Assembly (NCBI RefSeq): GCF_963921235.1
Contig: NC_086112.1
Location: 35,030,001 to 35,094,000, forward strand
Source: Mobula hypostoma
Lineage: Eukaryota
Length of the DNA: 64,000 nt
Direction of reading: 5' to 3'
Positions 1 to 12,466 of the stretch are shown piece after piece. The position numbers and the translations under genes were made by a program. The notes beneath the pieces are model-generated. The model was not told the origin of the DNA. It saw only the letters and a program-made list of their open reading frames with translations, and did no database searches. Positions within the stretch are counted from its first letter, which is position 1, and each line of letters opens with the position of its first letter.

Positions 1-830
1 GGCCAGAAGGCCTGTTTCTGTGCTGTAATGTTCTATGGATCTATGTTCTATGAGAGGGAGAGGGAGAGAACGTGTGTGTGCATGTGCATGTGTGTCAAGA
101 GACAGGAAGTTATGTTGCAACTTTTTTAAGCCACATCTGGAGTATGGTTCTGGTTGCCTCATTATAGGAAGGATGTGGAGGCTTTGAACAGGGTGCAAAA
201 GATGTTTGTCAGGATTAGAGGACATGTGCCATAAGGAGAGATTGGAGAAACTAGGGTTGTTTTGCACAAGCGCTGGAAGCTGAGAGGAAACTTGGTAGAA
301 GTTTATAAAATGATGAGGGGGGTAGATAGCATTGACAATGGGTAACTTTCTCCCCGGATAGAAAAATCTAATATCCCAGTATATGCATTTAAGATGAGAG
401 TTGGAAAGTTCAAGGCATGGAGAAAGTGGCGGGTGTCTGCAATGTGCCACCAGTGGTTGTACTGGAGGCAAATACGATAAGATGCAGTTAAGATGTTCTT
501 AAATAGACATAGGATGATGCAAAGAATGGAGAGGTAAGGATATTTAGGCAGAGGAACTAGTTTAGCAGGCTTTTAGTGACTTGTTTAACTAGAATGTATA
601 AATCTCAAGGTGATTGTGAGTGGAATGGCTGCCAGCGACAGTGGTGGAGACAGATACGATAGGGCCTTTTAAGAGACTCCTGGACTGGTACATAGAGCTC
701 AGAAAAATAGAGGGCTATGGGGAACCCTAGGTAATTTCTAAGGTAAGGACATGTTCAGCACAGCTTTGTGGGCCAAAGGGCCTGTATTGTACTGTAGGTT
801 TTCTATGTTTTTATGTTTCTATGTGAATAA
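1..830 (+). mobile_element. Degraded CR1 LINE 3' fragments
   Basis: Decayed PHLEY/FW/RVQ..F/RGNL.EVYK coding remnants and (tctatgt)n-type tails. Confidence 0.8.
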
Positions 831-1589
831 TTTATACATGCTTTAATAACAAATGTACTTTGAATCTTGAATTTTTGAATTGAATTTGACACATCATTAG
901 CCAAAGGACTTGTTTCTGTGCTGCACTGTTTTATGTTCTATAAGTTCTCACTAACATGGCAATATTTGTTCAGCTCCAAAGCACATTCCATACACGAACA
1001 ATGACAAATTTCATCTGCTACAGATTTGCCTACATATTGAGTCTAGTTTGGAGAGATACCCTGTGTATAAAGAACTCATTCACAGCTTTAAAAATGAAAA
1101 TAACACTATTTGAACAGGATCAGATCATGTGATGGAATTTCCAAACTCAATTTGGGATGTTTTCAGCTACAGCTAATGTTGGAGTCAGGATTAGAAATGT
1201 AACAAAGTGGCAACACTTACAAATTGAAATGAGCTACTCACCCATTTCTGGGACCAAAAGTTTATATCCAACTTTAAAAATGGACTAACAAGCTTGATAA
1301 GACACAAAAATTGACTTAGATAGAATCCCTTTATATTGTGCTGGTGGGGTCTTTCCTGTTATGAATATGTACTCAGTATGTGAAATTAAGGGATGCATAA
1401 GTTAAAGTGCTGAGGTCCTATTTGACAACCATGACCTCAAATCAGTGGTGGACACTGAACTGATGAAAGATCTGACCTGCCTATTTTACCTCCTTCTAAT
1501 AAATTGTTCCTCCAAGAGGACCATAAGTCATGGATTGGAGGCTTGTGTGCCTCAATGACCCGGAGAGTTACGCTAGCTAGAGTTAGGGC

Positions 1590-2940
1590 AAAGGGACTTG
1601 CGAGTCCTTGCGCTGGATTCCTGAAAGGTTAATTTGCAGGTTGAGTCTGTGGTGAGGAAGATAAACGCAATGTTAGCATTCATTTCAAGAGGACTAGAAT
1701 ATAAAAGCAAGGATGTAATGTTGAGGCTTTATAAAGCATTGGTGAGGCCTCATTTGGAGTATTGTGAGCAGGTTTGTACCCCTTATCTTAGAAAGGATGT
1801 GCTGAAATGAGAGGGTTCAAAGCAGGTTCATTAAAATGATTCCAGGTTTGAACAGCTTTGCATTTGAAGAGCGGTTGATGGTGCTGGGCCTGTATTCACT
1901 GGAATTCAGAAGAATGGGAGGTGACCTCATTGAAACCTATCAAATAGTGAAAGGCCTTGATAGAGTGGAAGTGGAGAGTATGTTTTCTCTGGTGGGGGAG
2001 TCTAGGACCAGAGGACACAGCCTCAAAATAGAGGGACATCCTTTCAGAATGGAGATGAGGAGGAATTTCTTTAGCCAAAAAGTGGTGGAATCTATGGAAT
2101 TCTTTGCCACAGGCAGCTCTGAAGGCCAAGTCTGTATGTATATTTAAGGCAGAGATTGATAGATTCCTGTTTGTTCAACCATGAAGGGATACGGGAAGAC
2201 ATCAGGAGATTGGGGCTGTGAGCAATTTTGGATCAGCCATGATCACTTCCATTGGAAGTGTGGAGGAGCAGAGGGATCTGGGGGTACATGTTCACAGATC
2301 CCTGAAAGTTGCCTCACAGGTAGATAGGGTAGTTAAGAAAGCTTATGGCGTGTTAGCTTGCATAAGTCGAAGGATAGAGTTTAAGAGTCGTGGGGTAATG
2401 ATGCAGCTCTATAAAACTCTGGTTAGGCCACACTTGGAGTACTGTGTCCAGTTCTGGTCACCTCACTATAGGAGGGATGTGGAAGAATTGGAAAGGGTAC
2501 AGAGATTTACCAGGATGCTGCCTGGTTTAGAGAGTATACATTATGATCAGAGATTGGGAGCTAGGGCTTTACTCTCTGGACAGCGCCTCTCCCCCAGGGC
2601 ACCACTGCTCAATACAAGAGGACATGGCTTTAAGGTAAGGGGTGGAAAGTTCAAGGGGGATATTAGAGGAAGGTTTTTTACTCAGAGAGTGTTTGGTGTG
2701 TGGAATGCACTGGCTGAGTCAGTGGTGGAGGCAGATACACTCGTGAAATTTAAGAGACTACTAGACAGATATATGGAGGTATTTAAGGTGGGGGGGTTAT
2801 ATGGGAGGAAGGGTTTAAGGGTCAGCACAACATTGTGGGCCAAAGGGCCTGTACTGTGCTGTTCTGTTCTATGTTCTATGACAAAATGGTGGAGCAGGTA
2901 CAATGGGCCAACTGGCCTAATCCTGTTCCTATATGTTATG
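1590..2940 (+). mobile_element. Two nested CR1 3' fragments (2246-2880 inside the 3' UTR of 1590-2940)
   Basis: ORFs 1836..2147 and 2218..2994 carry CR1 ORF2 C-terminal motifs (LVRPHLEYCVQFWSP, RRMGGDLIETY, TRGH). Confidence 0.9.
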
Positions 2941-5900
2941 ATCTATGCTTTGGCTCTTGGTAGGGTCACCCATGCTAAACAGGTCAAAGGGTAAAGACAA
3001 GACTAAGAGTTCTCCACCAGTTCTCTAGGTCTGGGAGTTCAGCTCAGGGCTAACAACCCTGACTGGCCAAACAAAACTGTAACAGAAAAAGCAATGAGGA
3101 GTCCTTCTACATCTGATTGGTCAAGGACAGACAGATAAAGGATCTTCACTGCAGCCCTAAACGCCAGCAGGCATAACGAGTGGTGAGTAAGTAAATAAAT
3201 AATGAACTGTTAACATCAATAGTGCACAGGTTAATAATCTTACTAAATGGCACTTCCCATAACTTGCACCACACAGCACAAGATATAGAACTGAATTTTG
3301 GTCTTTCAGAAAATCTCTTTAATAGATCAATATCTGCTTTAAAACTTGCGAGGTTGGTCTTCATTTGTCTGAGCTACTTTTTGTGTCATTTTCATTCAAA
3401 CTATTTGGTCAAGATGTAGCTAACAAAGCAGAATGTTCACTGTTTAAGTCATGATAGCTGGCGTACAGCAAGTACATACTGCCACTTGCACGGAGGACGG
3501 CCTATTTCAGTTGCAACATAAGTGGGACTAATGGAACATGTTGATGATGCCAAGCTGAGAGGAATATTAAAATCACAATGGTAGTTACTGGATGTTAGTG
3601 TGAGTGTGAGGAGTAAAGTATTGGAATGTTCATGATACATTAAATGGGGTGGGGGTGTGAGGAAAGTGGAGGGTTGTATCGGGTAGGACAGTGGGTGCTG
3701 TTGAAATACTTCTTCTGAGGCAGCCCCTCTCAAACAAGGATGACTTGCTGTCATCCTGATCTCTGAGAAAACTGATAAACCCAATATGAGAAATGCATAC
3801 TCTTCCGCAGAGGAGGTCCCCAGTGCACGATGAGGTGGACTGAGATGGAGCTTTCAGTCCTCTGAAGTGAGTGGACCTTCTTTTTTCCTATCAACAGTCT
3901 GCACCATATTCCATAAAGCAGTAATGAAGAACTTCAGTGCTCTTCCAACAGCTTCTGCAACAATGATGTACTTTAACTCCAGTCCAGGGCAACTAGTGCT
4001 GGCCACATCAGAGAAATTTAATTTCCAACCTCCCAAAGAAGACATGCAGCCAGAGTAGCAGCACACATCCTGGCTACATGCCTAATCATTTTGACAAGAT
4101 CTCAGCAAAAAAAAAAAAAATGCTTTCAGGCGACAAAAATAGCCCATTGCTCCCTATGGCCCTGCTACTCCCTGTGACACTATTTCCAAGCAAGATTGAA
4201 TTACTAGGCTCCAGTTGTAGAATCCACTCAGTAGCCAAGGTTTAGATTGTTTATATACTGTACATTTGTGAATTGCTGCTGATTAGAACACTTTCTAAAT
4301 ATTCCTAAGCAGCTTTAGAAAATTAAAGCCAAAATATCTGTCTGCTTGCATTTGTTTCTGTATTCTGTTCAGCAGTAGTGAGGTGAGTCACTCTGAGATG
4401 GTGGATTTTAATGTGCCTGCTGTTTCCATTATGTCAAATGACTCATTGGCATGTTAATCATCAAAACAAAAGAATATTAGAAATAATAACAAGAGGAGAA
4501 ATTCAGCCCCTTGCGCCTGCTTGAACGTTCAATGTAATTCAAACCTATAGAGCTGGGGTGTAAAGGTTTTGCTGGTTCTTCACTCTGCAGAACCTATTCT
4601 ATCTTTGGCATTATAAGGACTACAAACGGACATCAGGACCATCACAGAGGCTGCTGAGTGAGCCTCTATATGGCTATGGATCAAGGGATGTGACCCGTGG
4701 ACCAATGCTGCCGGGACACAAGCCGGGCCTTGATCAACCCTGGCTGGGTTGTCTGGGCAAGGATGTCTGACATTGAAAGACCCGAAACACCCAATGAACC
4801 CAGATTACTAATGATGTGTCCCAGTGCATCCTAGGTTGTATCTCAGCACCAAAACTAAGATCTTGGTTGATTGTCAACCACAGAAACAGCTTCCTGCATC
4901 AATCCTGCACTCTCATAAAATTAAATTGTTTTTCTCTTTCAAGAATTAGCAACAAATACACCTGTCGAAACTCAGATTTCTAAATCAGCCCACTTCACTC
5001 CTTTTAAATTTATGATATTACACTTTTATATTCTGATAAAAAGTTCATGTACATATTAATATTTATTCTAATTACTCCACAGATAATGAAGTTCAATTTT
5101 TAAAATGTAGTTTATGTAGCATTTAAAATAAGCTTTTGGGTGCTTTTTTATCTCATTCATGGGAATTGGACACTGATAGAAAGAGCAACATTTATTGTCT
5201 ATTCCTCAATGCCTTTGAGAAGATAATATGAGTCTTTCTATTGAACCATTGGAACGGCTATGGTGAAGGTATACTTCTTGCTCTGGAAGAAATTTCCACG
5301 ATTTGATCCAAAAACCACATACTTTCATGTACTTTATGGCCAAATTTTCTCCTTGAATGAGGCATCTGTTCATAATTTTGTTCATTCAGTGAACTTCATT
5401 TCAAGAAAGCCTTAAAAGGCAAGAGCACACCAGACATTTGTAAATTATTAAATTCCAGCTTTAAGTAAACGTGGCATGTGCAAAGACTGAACTACATAAG
5501 TAGGAGAATGAATTCTTGACTTAGTGACAACCCTCAAATGCAAACATAAAATGTCGTTATTATTACATCTTCTGAGTGTTTTTCCTGATATTTGTTTTAC
5601 AGAAACATACAAATTTAAATCCCTAAATCAACAATCAGTCTTGTTACTGTGAGCCATCCACCAATAAACCTCAGCTTTATGCTGTTGAGGCAGGAAGGCT
5701 TATTGAGAGATCGGCTAACCTAGGTAATTTTTAGCAAATAGAGGACAATATTTTCCTTTCTATGGGTGTCAAGACTGCTAGCTAGGTTTGAAGTATCAGG
5801 TAGGCCTACTTTTTCAAGACACCTGCCCCCACTTAGTATACAACCTTTCCACCATTCGGCTTACAGGAGGAACCTCTGCTTCTGACCAGGCCATTTTGCT

Positions 5901-6844
5901 GAACTTCTTATTTGGACCAGGACAAGGCTCCTCCCCAGATAATTTTTGAAGATCTGCATAGGAAATGTAATCTCATGAATTGAGTTAATAGCTGATTTTA
6001 ATATAAATAGCACCTGACAAAAATAGACTGTGAACAATAACTTATAAGTAGGTGTATATCATCATAATAGGAGCTATTCAAAATTGTAAGGAGAGTTAAT
6101 GATAAACTATTCCTAAAAGGGTGTGAAAGGTACAGAAAGCAATTCTAAAGAACCCTGGTTGTCATGGGAGATTGATGTCTGGACTAAGGCCAAAAAAGAA
6201 AACATATGTCAGACACTGAAAATAGCAAAGGACAGTCAGAAATATAGTATGTGTATTGGCATTGGTTTGTTATTGTCACATGTATCAATGTACAGTGGAA
6301 AAACTTGTCTTGCATACTATTCATTTAATGGTGCACTGAGGTTGACTAAGGTGAAAACAATAACAATACAGTGTAAAGTGTAAAAGCTGCTGAAAAAATG
6401 CAGTGCAGGTAACAATAAAGTGTAAGGTCACAATGAGGTAGATTGGCTGGAATATATTTAGAGCAGAAAAGGTAACCAAGGAAAGAGTAAAGGACAAAAA
6501 TGGAAATCCATGTGTGAAGATGGAGGACACAGGTGGGGCCTTAATTGAATGTTTTTCATCTGCGTTCACCAATGAGAAGAACATTGTTCAGAAGGATGGA
6601 TAGTAACATTCCAGAACATATTATCATTTAAAAATAGGATATTTTAGATGTCTGAACAGGCACAAAGGTAGAGAAATCCTCAGGACTACTGTGGGATGCA
6701 AGAGAGGAATTTGCTCAACCCCTGAGACTGATAAGGTACCAGATAACTATCTGAAGGAAAGCAAATGTGGCACCCTCCTTTCAGGTAAGTCAGTATAGCA
6801 TCAGTGATAGGGAAGAAATTGGGAAACATTCTGAGTCACTTAGT

Positions 6845-8830
6845 TACAGAACATTACAGCACAGAAGCAGGCCTTTCGGCCCACCTACTCTGTGCCTACC
6901 TGTGGTTCTGCTTAGTCCCATCGACCTGCACCTGAATTATAGCCCTCCATACCACTCCCATCCATGTACTTACCCAAATTTTTAAAAAATGTTGACATTA
7001 AACCAACATCCACCACTTTCACCAGCAGTTCATTCCACACTCTCACCACCCTATGAGTGATGAAGTTTTCCCCCTGATGTTCCCCTTAAACATTTCACCT
7101 TTCACCATTAACCCAGGATCTCTAGTTCTAGTCTCACCCAGCCTTAATGGAAAAAGCCTGCTTGCATTTATCCTATCTATACTCCTCACAATTTTGTACA
7201 CCTATCAAATCCAACTTCATTCTCCTACGCTGTAGGGAATAAAATCCTAACCTGTTCAACCTTTCCCTATAACTCAGGTCCTCAATTCCTGGCAACATCC
7301 TTGTAAATTTACTCTGCACTCTTTCAATCTTATTGGTACTTTTCCTGTAGGTAGGTGACTGGAACTGCACACAATATTCCAGATTAGGCCTCACCAAAAT
7401 CTTATACAACTTCAACATAACATTTCATCACCTGTACTCAATACTTTGATTATGAAGACCAATGTGCCAAAAACTCTCTTTACAACCCTGTCTACTTGTG
7501 ACACCACTTTCAAAGAATTATAGATTGGAATTCCTAGACCTCTCTGTTCTACTGCACTCCTCAGTGTCCTACCATTCATTGTGTAAGTCCTACCCTGGTC
7601 TATTCTTGCTAAGTGCAAAACCTCCACATATTCACCACCCTCTGGCTAAAGACATTTCCACACATCATTGTTTTAAAGGAATGTCCTTCTATTCTGAGGC
7701 TGCAGACTCTGGTCCCAGACTCCCAAACTATATGAAACATGCTCTCCAAGTCCACCCTACCTAGGGCTTTCAATATTCAACAGGTTTCACTGAGAACCCC
7801 TCATTCTTCTAAGCCCAATGCCATCAAGCATTCCTCATATGTTAATCCTTTCATTCCCAGGATCATCCTCGTGGACCTCCTCTGCACCCTCTCCAATACC
7901 AGCACATCCTTTCTGAGATAAGGGCCCAGAACTGCTCAGAATACTCCAAGTACAGTCTGACCATCACCATATAAAGCCTCAACCTTACATTCTTGCTTTT
8001 ATATTTAAGTTCTCTCAAAATGAGTGTGAACACTGCCTTCCTTACCATCGATTCAACTTGAAAGTTAGCCCTGGGAGAATCCTACACATGGACTCGCATG
8101 TCACTTTACACCTCTGTTTTATAATTTTCTCCCCATTTGGGAAATAGTCTACACTTTTATTCCTTCTACTAATCCATGATCATTCACTTTCCTGAATTAT
8201 ACTTCATCTGCCACTTCTTTGCCCATTCTCCGAATCTCTCCAAGTTCTTCTAACGGCTCCCTGCTTCCTTAACAGTACCTGCCTCTCCACTTATCTTTGT
8301 ATGATCTACAAACCTGGCCACAAAACCATCAATTCCATCATCTCAATCATTGACATCCAACATAAAAAGAAACAGTTTCAACACTGTCCCTGTGGAATGC
8401 CACTAGTCACCAGCAGCCAACAAGACCCCCCCTGTATTCCCACTCTTTGCCTCCTGCCAGTAAGACAACTTTCTATCCATGCTAGTATTTTTCCAGTAAT
8501 ATATAGACTCTTGTCTTGTTGAGCAGCCTCATGTACAGCATATTCTCAAAGGCCTTCTGAAAATCCAAACTGACTCTCTTTTGTCTATCCTGCCAGTTAT
8601 TTCCTCAAAGAATTTCAACAGATTTGCAGGTAAGATTTCCTCTTAAGGAAACCATACTGACATCTGCCTATTTTGTTACGAGCCTCCAGTACCCCTACAA
8701 CTCATCATCGGTGGTCTCCAGCATGTTACCAATTACTCAAGTCAGGCTAACCGAACTATAACTTCTCGCCTTTTGCCTCCGTCCCTTCTTAAAGAATGGA
8801 GTGACATTTACAATTTTCCAGTCCTTATAG
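6845..8830 (-). mobile_element. Adjacent CR1 fragments
   Basis: ORFs 7173..7418 and 7863..8048 with LVRPNLEYCVQF; W..ANVTP.FKKG remnant near 8800. Confidence 0.85.
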
Positions 8831-8949
8831 CTTCCATATAAGGCAGTCGGTTGACATTGGGACATCAAGGGCAAGGGCAGGGGGCATGGGGCATGAGTTG
8901 TTTGTGAGCTGGCTGTGCTGTTGATGAAAATTCTCAATTATCTTCCCAA

Positions 8950-9620
8950 ATTCTTCACTTCCAGGGAAAAAAAATTGGCACAAAAAAAAACAAACAAGTT
9001 GAACCATTATCACGGGCACTGGCATAAATCAAGTTACCTAAAGTTGCAGAATTCAGTGTTGAGTTCCAGTAGGCTGCAATGTGCCCCGACAGCAGATGAG
9101 GTGCTCTTCCTCAGGCTTGTGTTTTCCTCACTACGACAGTATCAGACTTAAGACTCCACAGAGCAGTACGCCAGTGTTGAGAGTGGGATGAGGAATTAAA
9201 GTGAAGGGCCGCAGGAAGATCAGGGTTGCTCCTGCAAAATTACTGCAGGTCTTCCATAAAGTGATCACCCAATCTGTAGTTGGTTTCTTCAATGTAGAGG
9301 AAGGTGCATTGTGAACATGGACTGCGGTACACTAGGTTAGAAGAAGCACAAATATATTGCAGTTTCACCTGGAAAGGTTATTTTGGTCCCTGGATGGTAA
9401 AAAGGGAAGAGGTGAAAAGTTAAGCATAGCATCACCTACAGTTGCAAGGGAAAGTGTCACAAGAAGAGAGTAGGGTGGTGAGAATGGACAGTAGACCAGG
9501 AAATCATGATAAGAATAGTCACTGAAATGCTGAAAGGGGAAGAGGGGAAGGCATGTCTGGTAATGGAATCACATTAAAGGTGGCCGAAATTGTGGAGAAT
9601 GATCTGTTTTATGTGGAGGC
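8950..9620 (-). mobile_element. Penelope-like element fragment (GIY-YIG endonuclease end)
   Basis: Minus-strand remnants C.SSNLVY..C..C..LYI.ET..RLGDHF and EEEHLI...GTLQP. Confidence 0.65.
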
Positions 9621-10030
9621 TTTTGCCAGCGCCCTGTGAACTTTTCTTAGAATGCAATGTGTTCATTAACAGCATTGGCAACCGATGGGAATTTATTCTC
9701 TCAACGTGTACAGTAAGTGCCACCCGCACATTGCAACTTGTTTACTGTGACTTGGAATACTGGAAGAGCTTCAACTTAGCTCTAAAGATAATTTTCACAC
9801 CCACTGAAGTTGAAGTACAAAACTGAAGCAAGAAAAATTGAAAAAACTCTTGAGGCAAGTACAGTCTTCACTGAGATTGGTTCTGGTGTTGATCCACCAA
9901 TTAATATTATGGCTTGCATACCATTATGGAGCCAGCATACGATAGAGATCAACTTCTGTGGACAGCCAAATTTGAGAAGGGTAATCAATGGTACCTCCTA
10001 ATGGATAAAAAGATTTTGACAACATCCTCA
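9620..10030 (-). mobile_element. RTE LINE reverse-transcriptase remnant
   Basis: ORF 9782..9988 LLKFGCPQKLISIV.WLHNGM. Confidence 0.65.
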
Positions 10031-10481
10031 ATATAGATTTACAAGGTAAGGAACTGAAGTATTCTTCAGTCAAAAACATTATTACAGACCAGAACAGGTA
10101 CTTTTCAAATCGTGCGAAAGAGGAAACTTCTGAATTTTTACCTGAGTTTGCAAATTCAGATACTTTATGTCTATATACAGTACCACGTATAATTTTCAGT
10201 TTTATTGTCCTCCTGTAAACTGTAAAATTATTTAATGACTAATCATATACTTGCTTATGAAACAGAGCTAACATCGTCCAACTTCCAGGTGATTTTTGTA
10301 TGTGAAACATTGCTCTAGTGACCTTAAATTCTTTATGCAGATCTTCAGGTTGTTCACTGCAGCTGTACCAGTTTTGCATAGCTTGTAAGATCTAATATTT
10401 GATTGGTTCAGTACAGTCTGCAGTGTTCAGTCAATCAGACAGAAGTCCAGCCACAGATGACCTCATTGGGAGTGGCAAGGA

Positions 10482-10560
10482 TATAAATTCACGGTCATAC
10501 AACTGACTAGGAGTAGTCTGTGGGACTGTTAGTAGCAGCTAAGGTTTACAGTTGGTAAGT
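10482..10560 (+). promoter_or_regulatory. Candidate annexin TATA box and non-coding exon 1
   Basis: TATAAAT at 10482-10488, then a strong donor TTG|GTAAGT at 10555. ANXA1 has a short untranslated first exon, and the ATG exon here begins with an acceptor at 12398. Confidence 0.6.
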
Positions 10561-12412
10561 TTAGTTTACTTTTAATATTTGTTCTGATTAACTATTAATA
10601 AAAGCGATTACGTTCTGTAGAAATGTAAACTTCTGCTGAACAATACTTACATCTTTGATTTGTGCTCACTTTGTAGTGTAAGACTATTTCAACGAGTCTG
10701 TTTCTAATTTCAACACATTCTGTATGATATGGTTTTAAGTTTATTCTGGTAAAGTGAGTTACTAGTTGTTTGAGAAACTTTGAAACATTTGACGTGACAA
10801 TGATCATAAAGTTACCAGCCTTTGAGAGGAATGTTATGAGGCAAGTATCTTGGCAGGAGGAACTGTCTGGAATGTTAACCCATTCTGCACAACTTGAGTT
10901 TTGCTCTAAAATGCGTCCTTACATAGATGTTGTCAGTTTATACATTTTACCTCGTATTTGGGACAAGAGGTTACATAATGTCAATTGTCTGTTTGATTGG
11001 GCTAAAGACAATTGTATTTAGAATATTGAATCAAATGATTTATTTGGAGCTTGTGCATGTTCTCTTTAGAAATGTAGTTCTGGAATTAATGTTGAAATAT
11101 ATCACTCTCCATGACTTGGAGATGCTTTGTTTTTTCTCACTGGTCCATTGACAGAATTATGAACCTGCTTACACCTGACAGCAGTGGTGTCTGATCAGAC
11201 TGCGGTGGTTGAATCCCTTCTCAAGGTCAACAGCTGGGAAAACACTGGACTTGATCAGTGATGTCCATGAAATTTAGGAAGATACAGACAAAAAAATATG
11301 GACACCAAACTGCAATTTGTATTTTGTCCTGTTGAAGCACCAAACCCATGGGCTTTAATGAGAAATAAGTTGTCTCAGTTTGTTAGTATTCTTGATAGGT
11401 TCAACTAGTTCTTTTTTAATGCTGGACTAGACTCTTTTAGCCTTTTTATAAGCTGTTTGGGAGGTGGGATGTGTGGAAATCCACTCCTGTCCTTCAGTCT
11501 GATGGTTATAGTTGTAATCTATAACCTTTGCACCCTTTTTCCTTTTTTTCATTGCTCACATCAGCCTCTGAAATCTTGCTCAATGGGTGTGGTGCTTTGC
11601 TTCCTACAATGCATAACATTACGTTTAACAGTGCTTTCATATGGCGAGAGATATGATTTTGAAGTCATAACTGTTTAAACAAATTCAAATTCTAAGCTTT
11701 CTATGCATTCAAATTGCAAATACTATTACATTGTTCATATTCAACAGATTATCACAAGCAATTATATTTACAAACATTTCAGCTGACTCTTTTTTGCAAT
11801 ATGTTCTGCTAATTCTAATTCTTCAATGTGCAATAAAAAATGGTCTTCTTTTTTCCCCCACAATCTTTATCCTGGATTAGAATTTTATAATCTCCCAAGG
11901 AAGCTTTTTGGCTCTGTTTTTTGGCCTGTAATGGAATAAAATCTAACTACTGTTCAAGAAGTGTTTTTGTTCTGTTACTAAAGCTTAAGTAAATACAGTA
12001 GTTTGAGAAATTTTAATCTATATAGTTCAGACTGATATGGGTGGCATGGACTGATTTATATTTTTTGCCTCCTTCTCAGCTAGAGATACTTTAAGGTGAC
12101 TGAATATTAGCCTTTTATAGAGGAAGACTTACTAATACACTAAACCTGCCATAATTAACATGAATTTTCCTGGTGAATTATAAGTAAAATTCTAGTCAAA
12201 GTATTGAACATCAGTGTACTAAAAAGGAAAAAAAATCTGACTTTCAAACCTCTACAATTGTCTGGAAAAGTAATGAGCTAAAATAATATTTTGATAGAGC
12301 ATTCAGCTAACAAACACCATTTCTTAAATTGTATAATTACAATTGTTTCTAAGATGCTTTTCAAAAAAAAATCTAATAATCTGTTTTATCTTCAACAGGA
12401 AACTAACATAAA

Positions 12413-12466
12413 ATGACAACAAACGTTATCAGTCAACTCCTCCTGAATATCAAATATCGCCCTCAC
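12413..12466 (+). CDS. ANXA1: Annexin coding exon 1: [18 protein letters not shown]
   Basis: Acceptor ttttatcttcaacag ending 12398, aaaATG, donor CAC|GTAAGC. Phase 0 matches the next exon. Sequence is divergent from mammalian ANXA1. Confidence 0.75.

Noticed and set aside
2218-2994. 258-aa ORF as a host gene
   Set aside because: CR1 ORF2 C-terminus with read-through into flanking repeats
3244-3364. Faint resemblance of minus-strand peptides to SNAPC1 or FAM227
   Set aside because: Only a few matching residues and an ambiguous frame; cannot support a gene name
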